In this document: piece after piece, positions 1 to 13,630 of the stretch
Numbering within the stretch: position 1 is the stretch's first letter
Layout: each line of letters begins with the position of its first letter
NCBI GenBank assembly: GCA_964016885.1
Contig: OZ024740.1
Coordinates: 174,468,001-174,532,000, forward strand
Source: Eledone cirrhosa
Lineage: Eukaryota
Direction: 5' to 3'
Length of the DNA stretch: 64,000 nt
The notes under the pieces: model-generated
The model's input: only the letters and a program-made list of their open reading frames with translations
What the model was told of the DNA's origin: nothing
The model's database searches: none
Position numbers and translations under genes: made by a program

Positions 1-182
1 AATACATTTCTCTCTGTAAATAATGTGAATATATGACAGCCCCTAAAAGATAGCTGAAAGCAACTACCCACTCACTTACGTTCTCTTTCCACGGGTAGTG
101 GTCCGACAATAAATTGGGTAAAAACGACAAAAGAAACAATAATAAGAAGAAATAAAAAAATTATTATTATTATAATTATTAA

Positions 183-370
183 TTGTTTCTACTTTAGGCA
201 CAAGGCCAGCAATTACCCAGTGCATTACTGGTACTTTATTTTATCGACCCCCGTAAGGATGAAAGGCAAAGTCAACCTCGGCGGGATTTGAACTCAGATC
301 GTAAAGGGACGTAACTATGCTGGAAAGCATGGCGTCCGACCCTCTACCGATACTGCCAATCCACCGCCCT
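183..370 (-). mobile_element. tRNA-derived SINE (family A)
   Basis: Minus strand reads GGCGGTGGATTGGCAGTATCGGTAGAG (A-box-like), GAGTTCAAATCCC (B-box), central GCCTTTCATCCTTACGGGGTCGATAAAATAAAGTACCAG and tail GGCCTTGTGCCTAAAGTAGAAAC; at least 9 copies in the window. Confidence 0.9.
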
Positions 371-388
371 TTTATTATAATTATTAAT

Positions 389-574
389 GGCAGTGGATTG
401 GCGGTATTGGTAGAGAGACGGACACCATGCTTTCGACATAGAGTTACGTCCCTTTACGGACTGAATTCAAATCCCGCCAAGGTTAACTTTGCCTTTCATC
501 CTTACGGGGTCGATAAAATAAAGTACCAGTAATTTACTGGATAATTGCTGGCCTTGTGCCAAAAGTAGAAACAA
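389..574 (+). mobile_element. tRNA-derived SINE (family A), head-to-head with 183-370
   Basis: Same head, central and tail motifs on the plus strand. Confidence 0.9.
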
Positions 575-589
575 TTATTATTATGGTTC

Positions 590-1430
590 ATTTTTGTAAA
601 TCTCTGATATTTAGATGTTAAACATTATTTCAGCTAGGGAGCAGTCAACAAGTTGACAAAGGTCCGTCACTGTATTCTCTCCTGTATATTACATAGACAA
701 GACTTTCCTTAAAATCTGTGCCAAGAAGTGCTGTCTTCTGTATGACCTGTAACCTTGCATCGTTTCTGATTCTATTTACACAGTTCTCAAAACTGTCCGA
801 TATACATCCCAATGTTAAGATCACTACTGGAATCACTAAAACCTTTTTCATCCCCCACAACTTTCCATCCTCCTCCTTCAGTGGTTCATACTTCTCCCTC
901 TTTTCATACTCTTTATCCTTCACTCTATTGTCTCCTAGAACAGATATATTGATAATTTGGGCCCGTTTTTTTTTTCTTGTTCACAACTAAAATTGTTGAC
1001 CTTCTTGTATCAATTATTGTATCGCATCGAATGGTGAAGTCCCACAAAAGTTTAAACTTGTCATTCCCCTTCTGGTCTCTTCTCATACCATTTAGTTGCT
1101 CTGACAAACCCACATTTCTCAAATATCATCCAATGGATATATCATGTAGTCTTTTGTATTCTCGCTGTGCTAACTTAAAACATTCACTTACAATATGGCT
1201 GACTGCTTCTCCTTTTGTTCCATACATTCTACACAATGGTGATTTATCGTTTTGTCAATATGATGTTTAATGTAGTTAGTTCGAAGAGCCTGCTTCTGGG
1301 CGCTACATACCAGAGATTTGATGCATCCTTTCAGATCGCCATATTTAAGCCACGGACAAAGTCTTTTCCCAATCAATGACTGCTTTATCTTTAGTTTACT
1401 GTCTATGCTTAAGTTTCTCCTTCCATTCCT
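590..1430 (-). mobile_element. Degraded 3' part of an R4/Dong-like non-LTR retrotransposon (zinc knuckle plus restriction-like endonuclease)
   Basis: Frameshifted fragments AQKQALRTNYIKHHIDKT, LWDFTIRCDTIIDTRR and EKREKYEPLKEE...VIPVVI are typical of the RLE C-terminus. Confidence 0.8.
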
Positions 1431-1451
1431 TATTATTCTTGTTGTTGTTAA

Positions 1452-1667
1452 GGGCGGTGGATTGGCAGTATCGGTAGAGCGTCGGACACCATGTTTCGAG
1501 GCATAGTTACGTCCCCTTACGTTCTGAATTCAAATCCCGCCGAGGTAAGTTATGCCTTTCATCCTTACGGGGTCGATAAACAAAAGCACCAGTAAGAACT
1601 GGGGTCGATTTAATCGATTTTACCTTCCCCCTCAAAATGCTGGCCTTGTGCCTAAAGTAGATACAAT
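1452..1667 (+). mobile_element. tRNA-derived SINE (family A, long variant)
   Basis: Family A motifs plus an extra GGGGTCGATTTAATCGA segment. Confidence 0.9.
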
Positions 1668-1905
1668 CATTATTATTATTCCTTTCCTGATTTGTAGCTG
1701 AGACTCCGATCTTCAAATTAAAAAACGGCATGATATATTAAGTGAACTTTACAAGTGGTATTCATGTTTCTCTACTTTCTGAATTAAAATATGTATTGAA
1801 TATAAATACATTTCGATTTACTCTGTCACTTGGAATTTCCCGTGGGTAAAATTTGTAAAATTTAACCAGTCCTATACATGAATTTCGCGTCAGTTGGATT
1901 TTAAG

Positions 1906-1908
<3 letters not shown>

Positions 1909-1995
<87 letters not shown>

Positions 1996-2000
1996 ACACA
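1909..2000. repeat. (CA)n microsatellite
   Basis: Direct inspection. Confidence 0.98.
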
Positions 2001-2007
2001 TGTGTGT

Positions 2008-2272
2008 TAAAAGTCCAAAGTCTGTCTCGGAGGCTCGTCAGGCCGGTGCTTCTCGCGGTTTCCGTGGCGTGAAGTGACTGAGAGTACAAGACTTCCCCGT
2101 GGACAGGACGCCAGTCCACCGCAGGGTTAAACCTCCAGCTATTGCTGGTACTCATTTTCAGCTGAGTATACTGGAGCAACGTGAAATGAAGTGTTTTGCT
2201 GAAGAACACAACACGCAACCTAGCCCGAACCCACGATATTATGATCGTAAGTCTAACACCCTTGCCGCTAGG
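2008..2272 (-). mobile_element. CORE-like SINE (family B)
   Basis: Minus strand has GTGTTGTGTTCTTCAGCAAAACACTTCATTTCACGTTGCTCCAGT and AACCCTGCGGTGGACTGGCGTCCTGTCC; homologous to 49425-49668. Confidence 0.8.
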
Positions 2273-2392
2273 ATTTATGCACACACTCACATATGTATAT
2301 ATATAAGTGGAAAAAGATTACAATTATAACTACGAAGACGAAAACGTGTGACGGTGAGTGTAAAGAAAATGTCAGAATATTATGTTTATTAG

Positions 2393-2518
2393 CCCCTTGC
2401 CATTCTGAGTTCAAATCCCGCCGAAGTTAACTTTGCCTTTCATGCTTACGGGGTCGATAAAATAAAGTACCAGTAATCCACTGGGTAATTGCTGGCCTTG
2501 TGCCCAAAGTAGAAACAA
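2393..2518 (+). mobile_element. 5'-truncated SINE family A
   Basis: B-box, central domain and tail present. Confidence 0.9.
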
Positions 2519-2891
2519 TTATGTTTATTATAGAGTTTATATATAGAAAATATTGTTGTGTTATTTTTCTCATCTAAATAACAGCAATTACAGGAAAACA
2601 GGTGATGGAAAAATTGATTGGTCTTCATTCTTCAATCAAAGATATTGGACCAACTTATTCGTATCGCATCGATCCTCACGCCGCGTTCTCTCTGTTAAGC
2701 TGTGGTAAAAGACATTATCTCTTACAGTACTTAAAATAAATGGAATTAATTTCTCTAAATCTATATTCAGTATCAATTAATTCGCTGCAATACAATCTAC
2801 GCTGCAATCTAATGGATTGAGGCATCGATCTCAGAGATTACCATGGAAACAGTACTATATGTATGTGCGTGAATATGTGTGTGTATGCATT

Positions 2892-2928
<37 letters not shown>

Positions 2929-3068
2929 GGAATAGAATGAAACGAAATTTCATTTCTCACTCTTAGTACGGCAGTTACTTAAATGTGTGCATGTATGTAT
3001 ATATATACATACTACTGTACGTCTGTATACATATATGTATGTACGTATACATACATGCATACATATAT

Positions 3069-3126
<58 letters not shown>

Positions 3127-3169
3127 TTATATTTATATACATATATAATAATAATAATATTATTTATAC

Positions 3170-3340
3170 TATATATAATTATAAACAAGAAAGGTCAGTA
3201 GTTCGCTACAACCTTATTATCGGTAAGAAAAATAGGTCAATGTAAATACATTAGATGTTTTACAGAGCAGGAATATAAATTAGAGAATAATCAAATCTAT
3301 GTTCAAAACTGAAAATAGTTTTGATTATTCTGTAATTTAT
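3170..3340 (-). mobile_element. PLE-type terminal-repeat fragment with fold-back end
   Basis: Homologous to 22250-22355 and 33985-34075; imperfect inverted repeat at 3275-3340; flanked by (TA)n. Confidence 0.6.
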
Positions 3341-3392
3341 AATTTATATACATATATATATTCATTATATTATGGCTAAATAGTGAGTCTTG

Positions 3393-3428
<36 letters not shown>

Positions 3429-3979
3429 CATAGTTTAACTTATGCCAAAGTTATCACCAAGTAAAACAGAAGCAAAACTATCTAATACAAGAGTCTGACT
3501 CGCATCTAATCCATAACTGAAGTTTCTGGAATTAAGGAACAACATTAATTATCTTAATAAATTTATACAACCCGTATTGGAAGACAATTCCCTTTTCAGG
3601 TGATTTCTTTTGAAATAGAAAAATAAAATTCACCTGTTAGTAAATGAACTTTATTCTTGTCGAACTAGCATTATGCATATAATCGCACGCGTTCGTACTT
3701 CGACCAATGAAATGAATATCTATGTATCAAGATCAACATGACAGGTTCGTAATGTTACTACAAATAGCACACATGAAACCTGTCTACATCAACTCAACAA
3801 TTAAGAAATAGTAAATATCAAACTAAGAAAAAGTTGTTTGTTACTAATATACTGTACATCGCAATGAAAAGGTAGCTTTATCCTTATCCAACCAAGATGT
3901 ATCATCATAACCAACCTGTCATACAGTCTTTCATAGAGATATCCATTTAGTTGGTGGAACTATGCATGCGTGTAACTAT

Positions 3980-6900
3980 ATCATCATCATCATCATCATC
4001 ATCATCGTTTAACGTCTATCTTCCACCCTAGCATGGGTTTAGACGGGAATTGTCCCACTTGAGGCAAGATTGGTTGTCTTGCTCGTGTAGGACTGTCTGG
4101 CAGGTTTTCTACGGCTGGATGCCTTTCCTAACACCAACCACGTTTACAGTGTGGAGTGGGATGTTTTTAACGTGTTACCTACACGGCCACATTACAGCGT
4201 GGACTGTGTGTGTTTTTTTTTTGTCGTGACACCTACCCGACCTCATTTATTTAGGATTGGATGTTGTGGCACCTACATAAATTTACAGCGAAAGGGGTTA
4301 TGTAGATGGGGGTGTGGGTAGGGGTAATAGGGTGGGGGTGTATTTTTATTGAGAGGTGCCTACTGACTGTAGGTTTCGCTTTGTACTTAGGCAAGGCGGG
4401 TCTTCTGTATTACTGCGTAGCGCCAAAGATCTCGGTCCAGTGACATTGTCTTGGAGAGGTGTAAGTGTGTAAAGTCGGAATTTATCAAATCGTCCCAGGT
4501 TTTTCTGGGTCTGCCTGCTCCGTAGCTACCATCTATTTTGATCGCCCTGCACTTTTTTATACAGCTGTCGTCTTTCATGCGCATCACGTGACCATACTAA
4601 CGTAGTCTTCTCTCGAATAAACAGCGTCTGATCCCTCTTATTCCTAATTTCTTACTTAGTTCATTTATGCTTTGCCGTTCACGTATATTACTATTACACA
4701 TCCAACGCAGCATGCAAGCTTCGTTCCTCTCCAGTCTGCGTATATCCTCTGCACACAATGCCCATGTCTCACTGCCATGTAACATTGCTGTTCGTATGCA
4801 GGCATCATACAGTCTGCCTTTCATTTTTAGAGAGAAACCTTTAGCGGCCAATAGTGGTATAAGCTCTCTGAACTTTTTCCATCCCGTTCTGACTCTAGCT
4901 ACTGTACTTTCAGAGCACCCTCCACCACTGCTGATTTTGTCACCCAGGTAACGAAAGGTGTCCACTATTTCTATAGAACCATCTGGGCAATGGAAGGAGC
5001 TAGTATCCTGTGGGCACTTGCTACTACTTATTGTACCTGAGCACCGGCCACATAAAATCTATGTTCTTAGTTAGCTTACCTGTGATCCTACTACATCGTT
5101 TATGCACCCATACTTTGCATTTGGGACATAAATGGAATTTCTACCTACTCCTTTCCTACACACTGAGCATGGCCATTTCCCAGGGGAGACCAGTGCCCTA
5201 TTTTCCTTCCTACATACTAGAACTTTAGTCTTAGACAAGTAAATATTAAGGATTTTGATTCTAGGCCATGCTTCCATGTTTGGAATTTCTTCTCTAGTTC
5301 AGCCATTGATTCAGCTATGAGCGTTAGATCATCTGCATATAGAAGTTCCCATGGACAGCCGGTCTTAAACTGCTGTGTTATAGCCCGAGGGGCAATTATA
5401 AATATGAGGGGGCTAAGGACAGAGCCCTGATGAACACCAACTTTTACGCTAAACTCTTCACTATATTCGTTGTTAATTCTAACCTTGCTGACTGTTTCTT
5501 TATACATGGCTTGTACAACTCTCACAAGCCATTCATCAACAGCTAGTTTTCTGAGAGCCCACCAGATAATGGAGCGGGGGACTCTGTCAAAGGCTTTTTC
5601 CAAGTCAACAAAAGCTAAGTATAGGGGTTTACTTTTAGCTAGGTACTTCTCCTGTAGTTGTCGTACAAGGAAAAGAGCGTCTGTGGTACTTTTACCTGAC
5701 ACAAACCCAAACTGCATTTCATCTACCTCAATTCGCTCTCTGATTAGTTGCGCTATAACTTTTTCTGTGACCTTCATGACCTGGTCAATTAATTTAATGC
5801 CTCTATAGTTTCCCCTATCTAGGGCATCTCCTTTTCCCTTGTAGCAGTTAATTATGATGCTGCTACGCCAGTCCTTTGGTATGACCCCATTCTGTATGAT
5901 TTGGTTTACTATCCGGGTGACCATAGTGTGTCCCACCGTTCCAGATGCTTTCAGCATTTCAGCAACTATCTCCGAAGGCCCAGCCGCCTTGCCTGTATTC
6001 ATATCTTCGATTGCCTTACTTATTATACTACCTTCAACTAACACTGCTGGTCCCTCTATTGGATCGATGTCGGGAGACTGTCTTTATCCCATTTATTCTC
6101 CTCATTTAGTAGCCTCTCGTAGTGACACTTCCAAGCTACCTTCTTATCAGCGTCAGTGATAGCAAGTACACCATCATCATTATGGACACACTTCTCCCCG
6201 ACAATATAACGGTTTTCCTTGACACATTGCCTAGCAATCTTGAACACCTCACGTTTTTGGTCCTCGCGTTGTAGAACATGCTTGAACTTTCTTTCCTCTG
6301 CTTCCCTTCTTGCGAAATACACTTGTCTCCTAGCTTCCCTCCTGGCCACTTGGTAGTCTTCTCTACTTCCCCCATCCCGCCATACTTTCCAAGCCTGCTT
6401 GTTGGCCTTGATTGACTCCTCCACCTTACTGTTCCACCACCAAGTTACTTTCCTCCTGCTTATAGGTCTGCTCCAGCCACAGATTTCATCTGTCGCCTTC
6501 AACAGGTTAGCTTTCAGGAATCCCCACTGTTCCTCTATATTGTACGACTCTAATTGCTCTTCCTTATTGTCAAAAACATCAAGTAATATGCTTTTAAATT
6601 TATTACTGGCTGTGGGGTCCTTTAACTTCCATATTCTTCTTAGGGTAGTCCTCCTCTGTTGTCGAGTACGTCTCGTCCTGACTATGAGGTCGCTAACTAT
6701 GAGGCTATGTTGGGAGGTGCATTCTTCATGGGGAATGGATTTAGTGTTTACAACAGACACTCTGTCACGTCTTCTGGTAAGGATATAATCTACCTGGCTG
6801 GTATGTTCCCCTGATCTGTAGGTGATCAAGTGATTGTCTCGTTTTTTGAAGTTAGTGTTACAGATAGTTAGGTTATTTACGTCACAGAATTCCAGGATTC

Positions 6901-7560
6901 TGGAGCCTTCCTCATTTCTAGTACCAAACCCATAGCCTCCATGGATTCCGTCATAGCCGTCACAATGTTGTCCAACGTGACCATTTAGGTCGCCAGCAAT
7001 ATTTATGTAGTCACTGTGGGTTATTTGGGAGGTAGTGAGCATTAGCGACTCATAGAATCTGTCTTTTATAACGCCAGGCAGTCCGGTTTGGGGTGCATAC
7101 GCGGACATTATTGTCACAGTAGTTCTATTTAGGACAAGTCTTATTTTAATTATTCTGTCGTTCACTCTATTTACGTCTATTATCTTATTTAGCCATTTTT
7201 CTGCTAACATGATTCCTACCCCACTCAGCCCATTGTCATTTCCCACCCATAAAAGTTTATAGCATCGTTTTTTACCACAGTGAATCTAGCTGACCCACCC
7301 CTCCACCTGGTCTCTTGAATACAGCAAATATCAACTTCCTTACGTTCAAGCATCTCTACAACCTCGTTAGAGCTACCTTTTAAGGTGCCTACATTCATGG
7401 AACCAACTCTGAAGTTTTGGATTGCGTTTGGTGGGTGGGAAGGATGAGGCGCAGGGATGGGTGAGGGAGATGGGGTTATGTTAGCCATCCGCGGCCGAAA
7501 TAAAGAGGAGGAGTCCTTGCATTCTCGTCCGGCAACATGAGGTCAATTTGTCTTTATCTT
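3980..7560 (-). mobile_element. Near full-length RTE-clade LINE (APE endonuclease plus RT), frameshifted, with (ATG)n tail
   Basis: APE motifs VGSMNVGTL, CIQETRW, AYAPQ, AGDLNGHVG and QVDYIL; RT motifs YRGIKL, QFGF, AFVDLEKAFDRV, GVHQGSVLSP, LLYADDL and FRYLG; C-terminal GRPRKTW; trinucleotide tail at 3980-4006. Confidence 0.95.
4387..7488 (-). pseudogene. Disrupted RTE polyprotein (ORF pieces 7225-7488, 6056-7246, 5217-6044, 4597-4965, 4387-4587)
   Basis: Collinear domain order across several frameshifts and stops. Confidence 0.9.
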
Positions 7561-7984
7561 TGGCATTGTCATTGAGTGTCCAGATTTTTCAGACTCTCCA
7601 GAATTCCATAGTCCATCTAGCATATCGAAAAGCAACCAGGTCTAAACTTAAGAAGTGATATTATAAGCCGCTGAATTATGATTGGACCAAATAATAATGG
7701 TGGCGAGTGGGGGCGAGATGGAGGGGTCTGGGGAAGTTAGCGAGAAGGTTATTTTATAATAATATAATCCTAGAATTTCGGCCATAATTAAATGAGCATA
7801 TAACAGTAATAAGAGTAAGAGTTTAAATAAATATATATAAACATATATATATAGCTCGGATCCGCTAAGGTGAAACAATTGTTCTCGGTATGGTGAACTA
7901 ACTGTTGTGTAACCACTTCTACCTAACTCGTCCCATGGACTGAGTGCTCTACCACTACAGATATTACCTTCCAGTGTTCCACCA

Positions 7985-9323
<1,339 letters not shown>

Positions 9324-9327
<4 letters not shown>

Positions 9328-9518
9328 GATGAGATTCTACAGGACTAGAACTGTTTCATTCATTAGAAATCATCAGGAATCAGGGATTCCTGATGATTTC
9401 TAATGAATGAAACAGTTCTAGTCCTGTAGAATCTCATCTATATTAAAACTGTTATACTCTGCTATGTATTGAGTACCTTACTTACTGTGGTTACCTCCGA
9501 TTCAACCCGGAATAACGT
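9324..9518 (+). mobile_element. PLE-type terminal-repeat fragment with perfect 5' palindrome (9324-9442)
   Basis: About 58 bp perfect arms with a 3-nt loop; contains a hammerhead; within (TA)n. Confidence 0.75.
9383..9435 (+). ncRNA. Type I hammerhead ribozyme motif (mirror copy on the minus strand at 9331-9381)
   Basis: GATTC-CTGATGA-tttctaatgaat-GAAA-CAG-ttctagtc-CTG-TA-GAATC; GUA triplet; U-U at the base of stem II. Confidence 0.75.
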
Positions 9519-9536
9519 ATATATATATATATATAT

Positions 9537-10233
9537 TTCGTATTTCTAAAGAAACACGGTTTTAGGAAGCCGTAGCTAGGCAAACACCGGTGGAGCTAAC
9601 GCACTCCCTCTGGTGGTGTCCAGCAGAAGCAAGGGGGACAACCGTCTATGCATTTCAGGCTTGACTGGCCTTCTTCAGGACGGTCCCTCCCACCGCTTAC
9701 TACTGCTGGACTTGAAAAGCGCCGAGAATATATAGTTTTCTCGTCTGTGTAAATAAGATGGTTAATCTCATTTGCATATGAAATTGCATAAGTTGGCTCA
9801 ACTTATAATAGAAACGAAATAAGATTTCGCTTCAGGCATAGCTTTATACAAAAATGTATAGAAATTTCGTATTTCTAAAGAAATATGGTTTTAGGAAGCC
9901 GTAGCTATGCAAACACCGGGGGGCTATTTCTTTTCGGTTATAAGTTTATTATAAGTATTATTTCTTTTCTATTATAAGTTGAGCCAACTTATGCAGCTTC
10001 ATATGCAAATTATATTAATCACCTCATTTACACAGACGAGAAACTATATATTCTCGACTGTTGTCAAGTCTAGCAGTAGCAAGCGGTGGGAGGTACCGTC
10101 CTGAATAATGTTAATCAAGCCTGAAATGCATAGACGGTTGTCCCTCTTGCTTCTGCTGGACACCAGGACACCAGCAAAGGGCGTTAGCTCTCCGGTGTTT
10201 GCATAACTGCGGCTTCCTAAAACCGTGTTTCTT
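9537..10233. mobile_element. Non-coding PLE-like unit: about 328 bp period plus diverged inverted copy
   Basis: 9537-9592 repeated at 9865-9920; about 9958-10233 is the diverged reverse complement of about 9555-9822. Confidence 0.75.
9641..9684 (-). ncRNA. Minimal type I hammerhead ribozyme, intact core
   Basis: ACCGTC-CTGAAGA-AGGC-cagtcaa-GCCT-GAAA-TGCA-TA-GACGGT: 6-bp stem I, 4-bp stem II, palindromic ATGCAT stem III. Confidence 0.88.
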
Positions 10234-10592
10234 AGTGATAACACTCTCTCCTTCGCTCTTCCCTCTCTCTATAACAGATCATTCCCCCTCTCTACAATTT
10301 AACTGCTTTACTCAAATGCTTTGAGGTTTAACACACCTCTCTATAGTTTCTTAGCTTTACTCTCTCCGTCGCTCTTCTCTCTCTCTATAATAGATTATTC
10401 CCTCTCTCTATAATTTAAATGCTGGGGGAGTCATTGGAGTTCCGTATTGACATACGGCTTTTCTGGGGTATTTCAAATCGGCTTATTGCAAATAACAACC
10501 TGCAAAATAACACTTCATATAACAGATTAATGCTATAGACATATGAATCGGAATGTTTAAATTATTTACTTTTTACGACTTTAATTGGTTAA

Positions 10593-10703
10593 ATATTAAT
10601 ATGACAACACCCATAGTGTTGTACCTCTGGCAATTCTGTCGAATACACTGGATGAACCTTTTCCCCTCGGCGTCAGATATCCCGTTCGATTCCCGGTGAG
10701 ATC
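10593..10703 (+). repeat. Short tRNA-like repeat, with inverted copy at 11269-11384
   Basis: B-box GTTCGATTCCC; near-identical reverse complement about 570 bp downstream. Confidence 0.7.
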
Positions 10704-10704
10704 A

Positions 10705-11216
10705 TGTTTTGCCATGTCTATTAACAAGTTACAAGAGCAAACATTGTCGGTGGCGGGCATCCATTTGGGGGAGCCATGCTTCTCCCATGACCAACTTTAT
10801 GTTGCCTGTTCCCGCGTAGGGAGCAGGAATGGACTTTTTGCTTAGACTCCTCAAGGGATGACACGCAATATCGTCTACAAAGAGGTGCTATAGATGTTGG
10901 TGCAGGTGTTGGAGGTGTTGGAGCTATGCAGTCTGGAAAACTATTTCCTGGTAGGGTCACCCATGGCGGACAGATCTGACACCCAGCGGCATCAGGGCCA
11001 CCATCTTGCAACTTTGGGCTGCTAAATTCGCTATTGGAAGATTATTAACCCATCATTGATTGTCCAAAATGCTAATTGGTTCGTAACTTTTAATAACCGG
11101 TTCAACTGCTTTATGCACTTAATTGATAAGCTTATTCGCTTTCAAACCACGTTTACCTATATGTAACTTTTCATAGCAAATGAACAAACCCGAGCAACGC
11201 CGGGTTAAACTGCTAG
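10705..11216 (+). mobile_element. Helitron 3' fragment (PIF1-type helicase C-terminus, terminal hairpin and CTAG)
   Basis: From 10705 it translates CFAMSINKLQEQTLSVAGIHLGEPCFSHDQLYVACSRVG; hairpin AACCCGAGCAACGCCGGGTT at 11187-11206, then CTAG at 11213-11216 followed by T. Confidence 0.88.
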
Positions 11217-11236
11217 TATATGTATATAAATATATG

Positions 11237-11268
<32 letters not shown>

Positions 11269-11377
11269 GGGATCGCCGGAAATCGAACAGGATATCTGAC
11301 GCCGAGGGGAAAAGGTTCATCCTTGGCAGTGTATTCGGCAGAATTGCCAGAGGTACAACACTATGGGTGTTGTCATA

Positions 11378-11637
<260 letters not shown>

Positions 11638-11696
11638 TATACATATATTTATATACATATATATATATATATATATGTCTAAGGCGGGTAAAATTC

Positions 11697-12005
11697 CCGA
11701 GATCCATGGACGGACGAGTTCTCTCCAGCGGTCTCTGCCCCTCATTATCGCTGTCATGTCTTGTGTCTCCAAGAGACTAGTGCCTGCCCTTAGGACATCA
11801 ACATATTTTAACCTCGGTCTTCCCATTCTAGTGTGTCCAAAAAAATAAATAAAAAATAGAAAACTTTATTGGATGGCCTCTCCTGAGTTCCTCTTCCCTT
11901 TGACGGGTTTTCTTTTTTATCCTGCAGGGTGTCCAAATTCACCCCCCCCCCCCTCACCAAGCAAGCTTAGTGGGGTTGCCGGTTTAGTCGCCGACGACCC
12001 GACCA
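11697..12005 (-). mobile_element. Non-autonomous RTE-type element: shared structured leader fused to an RTE C-terminal remnant
   Basis: 11870-12005 matches the leader family; 11720-11826 encodes [12 protein letters not shown]...RDRWRELV. Confidence 0.7.
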
Positions 12006-12395
12006 TTCTCTTGATTTATGTATATATGATATGTATATATATATATGATTATCGCTAAATATTGATGTTGATTTGGTTATCAGTATTAATGTTATTAGGT
12101 ACCCACTGAAGATTTATAAGAGCCCACTTGAATAAGTATCTGTTGATCTTATACAAGCTGCTACATAACTTGGTAAAATTTCACCCAACTTGTAAAAATC
12201 TTATAATGAAATGAATCGTCTGGGAAATGATATATTTGATATATCTCATATGAAATAATAGATCCAATTATCCACACAATACAATATAGTTAGCACCCCA
12301 AACGATTAATTAGGAATATACTCAGGTATTTCCTAATGTTTGTTGAGTGAGTTGGGATTTGGCCGGAGTATCGCTATTAGCCTTCTCCGATTATG

Positions 12396-12431
<36 letters not shown>

Positions 12432-12467
12432 CTGTTTTATAAGCTGCAATCATTATCTACTAACAGA

Positions 12468-12575
12468 TCAAATCCCGCCGAGGTTGACTTTGCCTTTCAT
12501 CCTTACGGGGTCGATAAAATAAAGTACCAGTAATGCACTGGGTAATTGCTGGCCTTGTGCCTAATGTAGAAACAA
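12468..12575 (+). mobile_element. 5'-truncated SINE family A
   Basis: Central domain and tail. Confidence 0.88.
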
Positions 12576-12932
12576 TTATCTACTAACAGATCTTTATATG
12601 TAGAGTAGGGTGAAATAATTCATTCAATATCAATGGGTGTCAGTCAGCTACTGTTTTTGATATTGGTAAAATAGAACGGAATTTAATGCTTCTGTTTATC
12701 TGTAGACATTGAATATGTCTAATTTTAGGAGTGGTGCTGTTGTCATTGTTGGTGTTCTTGATGGTGGTGTCGGTGGTGGTGGGAGTATCGGTGGTGTTGG
12801 TGTTGGCGGTAGTAGTAGGTGGATGTATTGGTAGTGATGGGGCCAGTAGTGGTGATATCGGTGTCACTATGTGACGCTAGTTGAGTTAGTTGTGCACACC
12901 GATCCAATGCTTTTGGTCGTAGTGATTTTGGT

Positions 12933-12970
<38 letters not shown>

Positions 12971-13040
12971 GGTGGTGGTAGAAGAAGAAGAAGAAGAAGA
13001 AGAAGAAGAAGAAGAAGAAGAAGAAGAAGAAGAAGAAGAA
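12933..13040. repeat. Compound (TAG)n(TGG)n(AAG)n microsatellite
   Basis: Direct inspection. Confidence 0.95.
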
Positions 13041-13136
13041 GGTGATGGATGAAAATTTAATTGTAATAGTGGTAGTGGTGGTGTTATTTCGTTGGTATAT
13101 GTGAGTCCATGAGGATGAGTGTGGTAAGTAATATAA

Positions 13137-13317
13137 TTGTTTCTACTTTTGGCACAAGGCCAGCAATTACCCAGTGCATTACTGGTACTTTATTTTATCG
13201 ACCCCGGAAGGATGAAAGGCAAAGTTAACCTCGGCGGGATTTGAACTCGGAATGGCAAGGGCCGTAACTCTATGCTTCAAAGCATGGCATCCGACCCTCT
13301 ACCGATACTGCCAATCC
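13137..13317 (-). mobile_element. SINE family A
   Basis: Reverse complement of the family A sequence. Confidence 0.9.
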
Positions 13318-13403
13318 AAAATAATATAATGTAGGGAAAACAAAAGATGGTGCGTTGATGGAGTTTAATGGAATAATTATGAGGTGACATGTGGATGAAT
13401 TAA

Positions 13404-13630
13404 CCTTTTCATTACCAACCATATTTCTCATGAAATATATTGAATGTGTTTCAATTAATTTGGATGGATTTAGTAAAATAATTTTTTCATTATGCTGGTG
13501 TTAAAACATAATAACGAAGGTCTTACATATAATGATGATGCAAACTTTATAGTTCAGTTATGAACACTTTCAAATGGACTGTTTTATCACAGAACCGAAG
13601 GCAATTTCAGGCTGTTTGGTATTCAAAGGG
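13404..13630. mobile_element. piggyBac-like MITE
   Basis: TTAA|CCTTTTCATTACCAA ... TTGGTATTCAAAGGG|TTAG; related copy at 46368-46567. Confidence 0.6.
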
